Positions 18,640 through 28,507 of a stretch of 64,000 nt of DNA are shown here, piece by piece. The position numbers and the translations under genes were made by a program. Position 1 is the first letter of the stretch; every line of letters begins with the position of its first letter. The stretch lies in the NCBI GenBank assembly GCA_046290465.1, contig JBKAGP010000001.1, positions 1,056,001 to 1,120,000 on the forward strand, in the 5' to 3' direction. The stretch is from Planctomycetota bacterium (GTDB lineage Bacteria; Planctomycetota; UBA1135; UBA2386). The notes beneath the pieces were generated by a model. That model saw only the letters and a list, made by a program, of their open reading frames with translations. It had not been told where the DNA came from and searched no databases.

Positions 18640-20310
18640 ATGCACCGATCGATTCCGGCCGTCGTCGCGATGCTCTGGATGCTGGCTGCATGCGGCCTGC
18701 ACGCGCCCGCCGGCTACCGGGAGCCGCGCTGGTTCGCAACCCTGTCGGTGCCCGCAGCGCATGTCGTGGGCGGCGAGCCTGGGCAGAAGGTGCGCGTCAA
18801 GAAGATCGTGGCCCGACCCGAGCGCGGCACCGACGGCCCGGATCTGTTCGGGCTGACGACGCACGAAGGCGGCACGCTGCTGTCACCACGCTACACGGCC
18901 TTGAGGGTCCTGCGTGGCGACCTCGCCATCGCACGCCACCGCGACGCCGCGACCTGGTGTCGCATCAACCTCGACACCGGGGAGGAACGGGGGCTGCCGT
19001 TTGCCGAGACGCGGTCGGTGACCAGCGCCGTGCGGCCCCAGGACGGCCCATCTGCCGTGATCGGCGTGCAGCGCGAGCAGAACGGCCGCTGGACCGTCTA
19101 CCTACTCGACGACGAGGCCAAGGTCGCCGCGACACTGCGGCATGTGCAGGGCAACGAGTTCGACGCGGACGTGCCGCCAGTCGATTACCTGGCCGACGGC
19201 GGCTACGTGGTGCGGTTCGATCCCGTTGGCGGCGAACGATGCGACATGCTGTTCGATGCTTCGGGCGAGGCGCTCAGCCCGGAACTGCCGCCGCTGGTTC
19301 GCCTCCTGCCCGCGACCGATACCGGCACATCGCTCAAGCAGCACGCGATCGTCGTCGACGAGGCCGCGGGACTGCTCTGGCCGGTGCTGGCCGACGGCTC
19401 GACCTATCCGATGGCCGACGAAGCGATCGGGCTGCGCGTGCTGCCGGACACACAAACCCCGCGCGGTTGGGCGATCGGCTGGCAGACCGACGAAGGCGAT
19501 CGCTGGGCGATCCACCCGGAGATGGCGATCGACGCGGCAACGCTGCTGGACAGCCGCAGGCGTGCGCTGTTCTCGGATGTCGCGCTGGTGATGCGCGACG
19601 CCACCCGACGCACGACCTACACCAAGAAGGTGCCGACCTGGATCGGGCGGGACGCGGCCAGCGGCACGACGATGGCGTACGAGCGCGATGGCCGCGAGCT
19701 GCTGGCGATCTTCTCGTCACCCCACCCATCGATGAGCGGCGCGTTGCGCGAGCTGCGCAAGATGTCGAGCAGCGCGCGCCACGAGGCCCGCGCGCTCGCG
19801 CAGAAAGCCCGTGAGCTGTGGGAGCAGCGCAAGCGCGAAGCAGAGCAGCGCGCCGCCGCCGAGGCGGCAGCGCAGCGCCAGCGCTACCTCGCCAACCGGC
19901 GGCGCGTCGCCGAGTTGATCGCGGAGCAGGCTTTTGCTACGGCCGAGCAACTGGCATGGAACACCAGCCGACAGTCAATGATCGACGTCGTGGTCGCAGC
20001 GCAACGGTCGGGCTGCGTCGACCAACTGCTCCTCTCCACGATCGAGGTCGCTCTGCACGCCGCGAGCCGCAAGGACCGCGGCGCGATCCGGATGGCGATG
20101 TCGACGCGGCGCACACAGCTGCACCGCCAGCGCATGGCGGCGTTGCCCTCCACCCCTCGGACGACATTCCCCAGCAGCAGCCAACGCACGACCAGCTTCC
20201 GCCCGGCTCCGCAGCGGAACTACATGCAGGAGATGCGTGACCGCGTGCGCATGAACTACCTCAGCGGCAAGCAGAACTGGTACTTCAGCGGATCGGTCGT
20301 GCGTCGCTGA
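18640..20310 (+). CDS. Hypothetical lipoprotein with a C-terminal coiled coil
   Basis: Lipobox LAAC. Ala/Glu/Arg-rich helix near the C-terminus. Confidence 0.7.
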   Translation: MHRSIPAVVAMLWMLAACGLHAPAGYREPRWFATLSVPAAHVVGGEPGQKVRVKKIVARPERGTDGPDLFGLTTHEGGTLLSPRYTALRVLRGDLAIARHRDAATWCRINLDTGEERGLPFAETRSVTSAVRPQDGPSAVIGVQREQNGRWTVYLLDDEAKVAATLRHVQGNEFDADVPPVDYLADGGYVVRFDPVGGERCDMLFDASGEALSPELPPLVRLLPATDTGTSLKQHAIVVDEAAGLLWPVLADGSTYPMADEAIGLRVLPDTQTPRGWAIGWQTDEGDRWAIHPEMAIDAATLLDSRRRALFSDVALVMRDATRRTTYTKKVPTWIGRDAASGTTMAYERDGRELLAIFSSPHPSMSGALRELRKMSSSARHEARALAQKARELWEQRKREAEQRAAAEAAAQRQRYLANRRRVAELIAEQAFATAEQLAWNTSRQSMIDVVVAAQRSGCVDQLLLSTIEVALHAASRKDRGAIRMAMSTRRTQLHRQRMAALPSTPRTTFPSSSQRTTSFRPAPQRNYMQEMRDRVRMNYLSGKQNWYFSGSVVRR

Positions 20311-20361
20311 GACAACGGCGCCGTGTGAACTGAGGTTGCTCCGCATCGCGGCGCGCGACGC

Positions 20362-20847
20362 TTACAGGCCGGGGTGGCTCTGCCAGACGATGTGCAGGAT
20401 CTTCCACTCGCCGTCGAACCTGGCCAGCTGCATGTAGTCGACGCCCCACTCGGCCGTGACCTTCGCCGCGGCCGTCTGGTCCAGGACGTCCAGCACCTCG
20501 ACCTGCTTCGGCGAGTCCGCCGTGGTCTTGGAGCCATCCCGGTTCCAGCTGCCCGCCAGTTCGACCAGCTGCGCGAACGTCATCGCGCTGCCGCGGTAGA
20601 CGTCGTCGTCCGCCGGTCGGTAGAAGCCGTATTTCTTCAGGTCCGGGTGCACACTCCGCCGGATCCGATCGGGCTCGGCATCGTACAGCGCCTCCACGTA
20701 GTCGAGCGCCACACGGCGCACGGCTTCGCGGTCGTCGGCGCTGCCGCCGGCCGCGTGAGCATCGAGACCGGTGCAGCCGGTCGCGCAGAAGACCAACAGC
20801 GACGCAGCCAGCGTCAGGCCGGTCCTGGAACGGATCGTTGCGAACAT
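20362..20847 (-). CDS. NTF2-like (putative lumazine-binding) exported protein
   Basis: ALDYVEALY...SVHPDL.K...EVLDV....A.AKV.AEWGVDYMQLAR.DGEWKI.HIVW. Confidence 0.85.
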   Translation of the reverse strand: MFATIRSRTGLTLAASLLVFCATGCTGLDAHAAGGSADDREAVRRVALDYVEALYDAEPDRIRRSVHPDLKKYGFYRPADDDVYRGSAMTFAQLVELAGSWNRDGSKTTADSPKQVEVLDVLDQTAAAKVTAEWGVDYMQLARFDGEWKILHIVWQSHPGL

Positions 20848-20949
20848 GCGCGCATCATGCACGCTACCGTCGCGACGATCCCGCCTTCTCAGCGATTGCG
20901 CGGCAACCAGCCGCGCGTGCAGCGCGCCGAAGCGAGGGACGGACGACGT

Positions 20950-21327
20950 TCAGCAGGCCGACGATTCGATCAAGCCATCACCTGCCAGCGACAAGATCGA
21001 TGCCGGCTCCCCCTGCTTGGCCGACTTCGACGGCCGCTGCGAGCGGCAGCGCGACAGCTCCCCGCCCACCGCCCGCACGCGGCGGAGCGTGCGGTCGCGA
21101 CGTTCGGCAGCGTCTTCGATCAGTCGCGAGCTGCAGCTCCACTGCACGTCGCGCTCGACGTCACAGGTGTCGCGCAGGATCGCGACGGCAAAGTCGTGCA
21201 AGACGTCCATCGACGCCGGGTCGGCGCCGGCATCGGAACCGTCGCGCACCTCCTCGAAGTAGAGACAGAACGCGGCGAGCTGTTCGCGCAGCGAGGAGAG
21301 TGGACCGTTCCAGTAGTCAGCGGGCAT
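20950..21327 (-). CDS. Hypothetical protein
   Basis: ATG at 21327, preceded by a near-consensus sigma54 motif. Confidence 0.5.
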   Translation of the reverse strand: MPADYWNGPLSSLREQLAAFCLYFEEVRDGSDAGADPASMDVLHDFAVAILRDTCDVERDVQWSCSSRLIEDAAERRDRTLRRVRAVGGELSRCRSQRPSKSAKQGEPASILSLAGDGLIESSAC

Positions 21328-21398
21328 GGGACGTGGTCGGGGGCGCAGGAGTTCGAACGATGGTTCGACCGCGGCGGCGCGGCCGGGCCGCGCGCGAA

Positions 21399-21413
21399 GC
21401 AAGGACCGTGCCA
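21399..21413 (-). promoter_or_regulatory. sigma54 -24/-12 promoter
   Basis: TGGCACGGTCCTTGC. Confidence 0.65.
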
Positions 21414-21631
21414 GCGAGCACGCAATGCCAGTCCCGGTGTCGCCGCCTGGCCCGCGCCGGCGACGACGACGAAGCTGCCGCCATGGGTGGAAGAATGTGC
21501 ATAGGTGTCCCGCGCGTGCCTGGGTCGACGCGCGGCGGCCCGAAGCGCCGCCATGCTGCCCGACGGGGTGGCATCGTCAGCATCCGCGCGCCGCAAGGTG
21601 CGCGGCTGCGCCCATCGCGTCGACACCGCGG

Positions 21632-21646
21632 CGGCACGTCGGTTGC
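21632..21646 (+). promoter_or_regulatory. sigma54 -24/-12 promoter
   Basis: CGGCACGTCGGTTGC upstream of the PRC-barrel gene. Confidence 0.6.
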
Positions 21647-21723
21647 ACCTGCCATCGTGCCGCCGCGGCTTGCGGTCGCGCGGCCTTCCCAGAGATCGCC
21701 CGGCAGATCGGGCCCCACCATTC

Positions 21724-22086
21724 ATGACCACCACCAACTTCCTGACCCTCTCCGCCTCCAGCATCATCGGTGACGCCGTTCGCAACAGCCGCGGCGAAGA
21801 CCTCGGCAAGATCGAGGAGCTGATGCTCGACCCGCAGACCGGCAACATCCGCTATGCGGTGCTGTCCTTCGGCGGCTTCCTCGGCATCGGCGACAAGCTG
21901 TATGCGATCCCGTGGCGCAAGCTGCGCCTCGACCCTGCCAACAAGTGCTTCGTGATGGACGTCACCAAGGGGCGCCTCGAGGACGCCGACGGGTTCGACA
22001 AGGACAACTGGCCGGACTTCGCAGAGGAGTCGTTCCACACGACGACGTTCGGCTACTGGGGCGAAACGCCGGACTGGGCGCAGTAG
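21724..22086 (+). CDS. PRC-barrel domain protein
   Basis: SASSIIG..V.N..GEDLGKIEELMLD...G.I.YAVLSFGGFLG.GDK..AIPW. Confidence 0.92.
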   Translation: MTTTNFLTLSASSIIGDAVRNSRGEDLGKIEELMLDPQTGNIRYAVLSFGGFLGIGDKLYAIPWRKLRLDPANKCFVMDVTKGRLEDADGFDKDNWPDFAEESFHTTTFGYWGETPDWAQ

Positions 22087-22397
22087 CGCGCGAGGGCGCG
22101 GACGCGCAGAGTTCGTCGACATCGCATCGAGGTGTCGACACGAGGTGCCGATGCGTCGAGGCAGTGGCCGACCGAGCCGCGGATCGGATCACGCCCGGTA
22201 GACACCAAGCCGGCATCCGCCCGGCGCATGTGGCGCCTGGACGCATGCCCCTCGGCTTCGCCCGATTGCGTCTGCGTGCCCCCTCCGCCGCAGAAGGCAG
22301 GGGTTGCAGCTTCCGCGCCGACGTCTAGCTTCCCGCTGCCCCCAACTGGAAGAAGCCCCGGACGGCATCGACCGGGAAGGATCCGAGAACGCGGAAG

Positions 22398-23402
22398 ATG
22401 GAACTCGAACAAACAGGCGGATCCGCCATTCCGGCGATCGAGCTGCGGCGTCCCGATGGCCTCGAGGCGATCGGCAACATCGACTTGATCGCCGAACTCG
22501 CGCGTCGCGTCGAGGATGCCGGACTGACGCGGCGGGAGATCCGTCTGCTGGAACTGTTCCACCGCAGGCTCGGCATCGCACTCGACACCGACAAGAACCG
22601 TTTCTCCCGCGAGTTCCTCTCCCGCAGACTCGACACCTACTACGGCTTCCATCGCGCCATCAAGGACAACCTCGCCGGCGAGACGGTGCTCGAACTGGGT
22701 GCCGGTCCGGAGAACCCGCTCGGGACCGTGTTCGCCATGGTGCTGCTCGGCGCGGCACGCGGCATCGCGCTCGAACCGAGTCACCTGCAGTCCGAGGCGC
22801 GTCAAGCCAGCGCCCTGCTCGACACCGTGCACTGGCTGTCGGTGCTGCCCGAGTCGTTCCCGCGGATCGCCCCGGTCGACCGCGCGGAGATCCTGCGACG
22901 CGCAGCGCAATTCCCGCTGCGCGACTACGCGCACGGCAGACTGACTGCAGATCCGCGCCTCCAGCTGATCCAGGGCGTTGCCGAGGACGTTCCGGTGGCG
23001 ACGGGCTCCGTCGACCGCACCATGTCCGTCGCCTTCCTCGAGCACGTCGAGGATGCCGACGCCTGCCTCGCGGAGATGGCGCGGGTGACCAGGCCAGGAG
23101 GCGGCGGGGTCCACCTCGTCGACATGGCGGATCACGGTTTCTACACCAAGGCCGTACCGAGCCCGATCACGTTCCTGCTCGAACGACCGGACGCGGCCAT
23201 GGTGCGGCACAGCAACCGGCTACGCGGCCACGAGTGGGACGCCGCGTTCGAGCGACATGGCTTCGAGATCCTGTCCAAGAACACATTCCAACGGCACGCA
23301 TGGACCGCCGACGAACTGCGTAGCCGCGTTGCACGGTTCGCCGAGATGACGACCGAGCAGCTCGAGCCGCTCGGTACGACCTACGTCATCCGGCGCCGCT
23401 AG
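22398..23402 (+). CDS. Class I SAM-dependent methyltransferase
   Basis: VLELGAG, AEDVP...GSVD, LEHV.D and EMARVTRPGG motifs. Confidence 0.85.
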   Translation: MELEQTGGSAIPAIELRRPDGLEAIGNIDLIAELARRVEDAGLTRREIRLLELFHRRLGIALDTDKNRFSREFLSRRLDTYYGFHRAIKDNLAGETVLELGAGPENPLGTVFAMVLLGAARGIALEPSHLQSEARQASALLDTVHWLSVLPESFPRIAPVDRAEILRRAAQFPLRDYAHGRLTADPRLQLIQGVAEDVPVATGSVDRTMSVAFLEHVEDADACLAEMARVTRPGGGGVHLVDMADHGFYTKAVPSPITFLLERPDAAMVRHSNRLRGHEWDAAFERHGFEILSKNTFQRHAWTADELRSRVARFAEMTTEQLEPLGTTYVIRRR

Positions 23403-23485
23403 GAGCGCGTCCATGAAGTGGACGCGCTGCCAACGGTGATCGCGGAAGAGGCGTGTACGCGTGCGGAAAGGGCTTTGCCTGCTAG
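23399..23485. repeat. 87-bp dispersed repeat, copy 2 (MITE/REP-like)
   Basis: Bounded by ctag...ctag. Same hairpin and length as 2708-2794. Confidence 0.85.
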
Positions 23486-23577
23486 GCCGTGAACCTCGCC
23501 CGGTTCGCCGTCCCGCGGCAGAGCGTGCCGGCTTGTTCACCGAGCCCGACCTGCAGACCGGTCGCCCCGCCGCGGCC

Positions 23578-25797
23578 TCAGCGCCCGCCGCCCGGCACCG
23601 TCGTCTCGTACTTCGTGCCGCGCGGCACCGGCACCGCCACCGGCACCGTCGTGCCGAACTCGCCGTCGGTCGTGCGGCTCGCGTCGACGGCGACGAACGA
23701 CGTGACCTCGGAAGCGAGGCCGTGCGCCAGCGCCAGCTGCAGGATCTCCTGCCGCAGTTTGTCCGGGGTCGCGACCCACGCGACCGCATCGGCCAGCGTG
23801 CGGATGCGAGCACGCGCCCACAGCTTGGCGATCGCCGGATGTTCGCGCGTCGCCTGCACCGGCAACGCGACCGACACGTCGTCGCGGCCGGCCTTGCCGC
23901 GCAGCGTCACGGTCTTCGGCAGGGCGTTCTTGACCCGACCGTGCACCAGGATCGGCCGACCGCAGAACAGGTCCGGCAGGCGCTGCGGTTCGACGTCGCA
24001 GACCTCGGCGCCACCCCAGTCGATCGAGAGATCGGCCAGCGCCGGACGCTCGATCCGGCGGAACAGTTCGTCGACCTGCCGTTGCCCCGACTCGGAGACG
24101 TCGATGTAGGCCGCGACGCCGCGGCCGACGTCGGCCATGCGTTCGAGCAGGTAGCGGTTGACCGACGTGCCGACGCCGAAGCTGAAGATGCGCGACCCGC
24201 CGACGTGCCGCCGGACGATGCCGAGGATCTCGCGTTCGTTGCCGATGAAGCCGTCGGTCATGAACGTCACGATGCGGCGCCGACCTTCGGCGACCCGCGG
24301 CTGTAGCGCCGCCCGCACGCCTCGCGACATCATCGTGCCGCCGCCGCCGCCCAGGGACTCGACGTAGGCCATCGCCCGACGCACGTTCTGCGGCGTCGCG
24401 TGCAGCGGCGCCTCGCCGAGCGACGAAGCCGCGTCGCTGAAGCGGATCACCGTGAACGTGTCCTCGGGCCTCAAGCGCTCGAGGCAGCTGCGGATCGCGC
24501 GCTTGCAGACGGCGATCGGCTCGCCCGACATGCTGCCCGAGCAGTCGACGACGAACACCATCTCGCGCGGCATCGCCTCGCCGTCGACGGCGCCGGCCGG
24601 CGGCTGCAGCAGGACCGTGAACCAGCCGTCGCCCGAGTCGCCGCCGAGTTGCATGCTGACCGCCCCGCCGAGCTGTTGCTGCTTCGGCGCATAGCGCAGC
24701 ACGAAGTCGCGATTGGGCACCGCCTCCCCGTCACGCAGGGCGACCGTCGCTCGCTGCTCGCCATCGCGTGCGATCGCGACCTGGTGGCTCTTGCACGCGA
24801 TCTCGCCGAGCTCGATGCCGGCGTCGAGCGCGACCTCGATCGCGATGCCCGGGCCGTCGCCGGCGGCATCGACCCGATACGGGACCTCGACCGGCTGGCC
24901 GGAGGTGCCGGGCGCGTCGGCCGCGATCGCGCCGACCCCGTCGTCGCGGCCGGCAGGCTGGAAGCGCGGACCGACGACGGTCGGTACCACCATCTCGAAG
25001 GCGCCATCGCGCCACGGCAAGGTCTGGAAGTAGGTCGTCGCGACATCGATCGTCTGGTCGGGTTCGATGTTGGCGACCGACTGGGTAAAGATGTTCGGGC
25101 GCTCCTGCTGCAGCAGCGATGCGTTGTAGCCCTGCGCCCTGGCCTGTTCGTAGATGCGGCGCGCCTCGTCGCGCTCGCGCACGATGCCGCGGATCCGACG
25201 GTCGCCGAGCTTCATCACGAAGTCGCTGACGGCGGCGTCCTGCGGCAGCGGGAACACGTAGACCGCTTCGATCTTGCTCGCGAACGGGTTGTGAAACGTC
25301 TGCGTGACGGTGACCGACGAGATGTTCAGCGCGACCTTCGCGGCGACGTCGGTGTGCTGCAGCGGCAGCGGCTGGCCGAACGCCTTGCCGTCGACCTTGG
25401 CGCGCAGCGCGGCGATGCGGTCGGGACCGTAGAGCTGCTTGTGGCCGTCGGCACGCTCGACGACGACCAGCTCGTCGATGGCACCACCGGGAGAGACGCC
25501 ACCGGCCTTGCCGAAGTCGACGCCCTGCAGGACATCACCCAGATCCTCGGCCAGGTAGCGTTCGGTCCGCGCCCGGATGTCGCCGTCCTCGCCGTCGTTG
25601 AAGAAGGCGCCGGCCAACGGGTGGCTCGCCGGATCCCGGTGGTCGTAGAGCCCTCGGCTGCCGCCAGGAAGCTGCCGGACGGACGGGTCCGCGGCCCCCT
25701 CGGTCGCGTGCTGGCAGCCCCACGCGGCCACCATCGCCAACCCCACGAGCAGCAGCGCGCCCGCCGCGAACAGATCCCGAATCGTCGTCTTCGTCAT
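23578..25797 (-). CDS. VIT and vWA domain lipoprotein
   Basis: VIT motif Q.F.NP....IEAVYVFPLP. MIDAS DCSGSM, GGT and TDG. Lipobox AWGC. Confidence 0.92.
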   Translation of the reverse strand: MTKTTIRDLFAAGALLLVGLAMVAAWGCQHATEGAADPSVRQLPGGSRGLYDHRDPASHPLAGAFFNDGEDGDIRARTERYLAEDLGDVLQGVDFGKAGGVSPGGAIDELVVVERADGHKQLYGPDRIAALRAKVDGKAFGQPLPLQHTDVAAKVALNISSVTVTQTFHNPFASKIEAVYVFPLPQDAAVSDFVMKLGDRRIRGIVRERDEARRIYEQARAQGYNASLLQQERPNIFTQSVANIEPDQTIDVATTYFQTLPWRDGAFEMVVPTVVGPRFQPAGRDDGVGAIAADAPGTSGQPVEVPYRVDAAGDGPGIAIEVALDAGIELGEIACKSHQVAIARDGEQRATVALRDGEAVPNRDFVLRYAPKQQQLGGAVSMQLGGDSGDGWFTVLLQPPAGAVDGEAMPREMVFVVDCSGSMSGEPIAVCKRAIRSCLERLRPEDTFTVIRFSDAASSLGEAPLHATPQNVRRAMAYVESLGGGGGTMMSRGVRAALQPRVAEGRRRIVTFMTDGFIGNEREILGIVRRHVGGSRIFSFGVGTSVNRYLLERMADVGRGVAAYIDVSESGQRQVDELFRRIERPALADLSIDWGGAEVCDVEPQRLPDLFCGRPILVHGRVKNALPKTVTLRGKAGRDDVSVALPVQATREHPAIAKLWARARIRTLADAVAWVATPDKLRQEILQLALAHGLASEVTSFVAVDASRTTDGEFGTTVPVAVPVPRGTKYETTVPGGGR

Positions 25798-26249
25798 CAC
25801 TTGTTCTCCGTGCGGCGGACCTCGACGTCCACCTCGATGCGGTTGCCGCGAACGTCGACGGCGACCGCCGACCGCAGCTCGTGCGCCGGCAGACCCGGCT
25901 CGCGCGCCATCACGTGCAGCCTCGCCGTGCGCACCCGACCGTTCGGCAGCTGCGCCGTCGCCTCGCGCGCCAGTGCCGCCAGCACCACGCGGCCACCGCG
26001 CAGCGCCCTGCTGTCGTAGGTCGGGGCCGCCCGAAACGCGGCCGGCTCGCCGCCCTCGACCCCGACCAGCGTCGCGCTGCCGAACGTCACGTCGAGCTGC
26101 CAACCGGCCAGCGTGTGCTCGCCGGCATCGACGAACACGTCGACCGCGACGAAGCGCGGCTGTGGCTCCTGCTCCACCGCAGCCCGCCCGCCTGCGGCCG
26201 CGAACAGCGCGATCAACGCGAGCGCCAGCGCCGGGCGACGGCGCCTCAC
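25797..26249 (-). CDS. Exported cohesin-like beta-sandwich protein
   Basis: GTG start with GGAGG RBS, overlapping the anti-sigma stop. Signal peptide. VDVFVD....LAGWQLDVTF....LVGVEGG pattern. Confidence 0.65.
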   Translation of the reverse strand: MRRRRPALALALIALFAAAGGRAAVEQEPQPRFVAVDVFVDAGEHTLAGWQLDVTFGSATLVGVEGGEPAAFRAAPTYDSRALRGGRVVLAALAREATAQLPNGRVRTARLHVMAREPGLPAHELRSAVAVDVRGNRIEVDVEVRRTENK

Positions 26250-26617
26250 GACCCCCTCCGTGCCGGCAGGGCCACGATCGCCTGCAGCATCAGCTCGGCA
26301 TCGGAGCCGTCGACGCGACCGTCGCTGTTCTGGTCGTAGCGGGCACTGGCATCGAGGCCGCGGGCCACGCGCCACGCATCGACCACGTCGAAGCGCCGCG
26401 GCTCGCCATCGCCACCGAAGCCCGACCAGAACAGAAGGACCGCCGCCGCTGCCGCCGCCAGCCCACCGCCGCGCAGCAGGACCAGCCGCCGTCGCCGCCG
26501 CCGGAAGCCGTGCGCCGCCCTGGCGCCGGCCGCCCGGATCGCGGCGTCGACCGCTGCGGGCACCTCGGGATCGGGCGTGCGCAGGCGAGCCCGCAGTTGC
26601 CGTTCGAAGTCGTGCAT
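26246..26617 (-). CDS. Membrane-spanning anti-sigma factor with a C-terminal dockerin/EF-hand-like motif
   Basis: Follows the ECF gene. One TM helix, then FDVVDA and DQNSDGRVDGSDA. Confidence 0.75.
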   Translation of the reverse strand: MHDFERQLRARLRTPDPEVPAAVDAAIRAAGARAAHGFRRRRRRLVLLRGGGLAAAAAAVLLFWSGFGGDGEPRRFDVVDAWRVARGLDASARYDQNSDGRVDGSDAELMLQAIVALPARRGS

Positions 26618-26650
26618 CGCCGACGTGAGGGGCCGCGCCGGCCGGAAGGT

Positions 26651-27202
26651 TCACGATTCCGCAGGAAAATCGCGGTCGATCGCGCCTGCGCGCGCGCGCA
26701 GCTTCTGGATCGCGTGGTGCAGGCGCGACTTGACGGTGCCGAGCGGCACCTCGAGCGCCGCCGCGATCTCGTCGAGGCTCAGGTCCTCGGCGAACCGCAG
26801 CAGCACCACCTCACGGTGCAACGGCGACAGGCCGCCGAGCAGGGCTTCGAGGTCCTCGCCGGCTGCGACGGGAGGTCCGCCCGCCGCGACCTGCTCGGGT
26901 CGCGACAGCTCCGCGGGCGCCCGCTCGCGCCGCACCCGGCGATCGCGCGCCAGGTGCCTGGTGACCGGATACAGCAGCGTCGACAGGCGGTGCTCGAGCC
27001 GCAGCGTCGGCGCCTTCTGGATCAACCATGCAAAGGCCTCCTGCAGCACGTCGAGCGCGTCGTCGGGATCGCGCGACCCGAACCGCTGGGCGATCCGCAT
27101 CACGAACGGTCGGTAGCGCTGGTAGAGCCGTTCGAAGGCCGCCGCCTCACCGCGCACGAAGCGGTCGAGCAGGTCCTGGTCGCTGTCCGGGTCGGCCGCC
27201 AC
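26651..27202 (-). CDS. ECF RNA polymerase sigma factor
   Basis: AFERLY.RY, DA.DVLQEAF and L.EIAAALEVPLGTVKSRLHHA motifs. GTG start with GAGG RBS. Confidence 0.92.
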   Translation of the reverse strand: MAADPDSDQDLLDRFVRGEAAAFERLYQRYRPFVMRIAQRFGSRDPDDALDVLQEAFAWLIQKAPTLRLEHRLSTLLYPVTRHLARDRRVRRERAPAELSRPEQVAAGGPPVAAGEDLEALLGGLSPLHREVVLLRFAEDLSLDEIAAALEVPLGTVKSRLHHAIQKLRARAGAIDRDFPAES

Positions 27203-27348
27203 GCTGTCGACCTCTATCCGATTCCGGTTGCGAGGTCGCGCGATCGGTCCGGCAATGCGCGGCGCAGCAGGGCCGGCCCTTGGTTCGATCCGATCGCGTG
27301 GCACCGCCTACGACAGCGCGATCGCGGCGTGGGGCCGCGGGTTGCGGA

Positions 27349-28137
27349 TCATCCGGCGTCGGGCAGCACGATCCGGTCGCTGGACGGTTCCAGCGTGCCT
27401 CGGCGCTGCAGGAAGCGCACCGCGAGCCAGACGAAGCACGCCCAGCCGGTGCCGGCGATCCAGCCGCCGAGCACGTCGCTCGGCCAGTGCACGCCGAGGT
27501 AGACGCGGCTGACGCCGACCGCGAGCGTCACGACGACCGCGGCCAGCAGCACGAAACCGCGCAGGGCGGCACCTCGCGCCATGCGCATGATGACGGCCCC
27601 GATGGTCAGGTAGGTGACGGCGGCGAGCATCGCGTGGCCGCTCGGGAAGCTGCTGGTGTAGACCAGCGATCCGTGGGGCACGAGGTCGGGGCGAGGGCGA
27701 TCGAACGAACGCTTCAACAGCAGCGAGACCGCGGTCGCGCCGACGATCGCGAGCATGACGAGCGCGGCGGTTCGACGGCGACCGCTCATTCCGAGCAGGC
27801 CGACCGTCAGCAGGGTCACACCGACGATCACGCCGACGCCGCCGAGCGCCGTCATGTCGCGCCCGAGCTCCTGCAACCACGGCGGCCCGATCGGGTCGTT
27901 CGCATCGACCCGGCTACGCAGAGCCAGCAGCACCGTGGTGTCGAACGACTCCACCGAGCCCGCACCGACGGCCCACCAAAGGCGCAGGAAGGCCCATGCC
28001 GACGCCAGCAGCAGGAACACGGCGACCAGCCCCTGGAACTCGAGCTTGGCGAACGCCGGGCGCCGGCGGTTCGCAGGCCGGCGGGATGTTCGCGAGCGGT
28101 CGAGATCGATCGCCGGCGATGCGCCGGGATCGCCCAC
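27349..28137 (-). CDS. PAP2 family membrane phosphatase
   Basis: KRSFDRPRP, SFPSGH and SRVYLGVHWPSDV motifs. GTG at 28137 with GGAG RBS (alternative start 28215). Confidence 0.9.
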   Translation of the reverse strand: MGDPGASPAIDLDRSRTSRRPANRRRPAFAKLEFQGLVAVFLLLASAWAFLRLWWAVGAGSVESFDTTVLLALRSRVDANDPIGPPWLQELGRDMTALGGVGVIVGVTLLTVGLLGMSGRRRTAALVMLAIVGATAVSLLLKRSFDRPRPDLVPHGSLVYTSSFPSGHAMLAAVTYLTIGAVIMRMARGAALRGFVLLAAVVVTLAVGVSRVYLGVHWPSDVLGGWIAGTGWACFVWLAVRFLQRRGTLEPSSDRIVLPDAG

Positions 28138-28229
28138 TTCGCTCCGCTCCCGGTGCAGGACCCGCGAGGCACGAAACGGCGGCGGAGGAGGTGGACTGGT
28201 CAGCGGGTCGGTCACGGGCCACGCGAAGA

Positions 28230-28244
28230 GCAAGGCTCGTACCG
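28230..28244 (-). promoter_or_regulatory. sigma54-like promoter for the PAP2 gene
   Basis: CGGTACGAGCCTTGC (GG-N10-GC). Confidence 0.5.
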
Positions 28245-28407
28245 ATCGCTCGCATACCGGTGACCGGCGGCGCGACGCCGCCAGCCGCCGTCGAGCGGCA
28301 GAACCTGGCGACGGGCCGGTGCAAATCCGCGCATGCGAGCGCATGGCAGATTGCACGTACGCCACTTCGTCGGTGCGGCGGCCGCCTTGGCCGTGCCGCG
28401 GCGCCCT

Positions 28408-28442
28408 GCCGATCGGAGCGTGGCCGATCGGAGCGTGGCCGA
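28408..28442. repeat. 15-bp tandem repeat (2.3 copies) containing the palindrome CCGATCGG
   Basis: gccgatcggagcgtg twice plus gccga, between divergent sigma54-like motifs. Confidence 0.6.
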
Positions 28443-28457
28443 CGGCATCGATCTTGC
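28443..28457 (+). promoter_or_regulatory. sigma54-like promoter for the beta-barrel/hydrolase operon
   Basis: CGGCATCGATCTTGC. Confidence 0.5.
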
Positions 28458-28507
28458 GACGCCGGAGCAATCGCAGATTCCGCACGACCGCCGCCAGCCG
28501 CGCCCCC

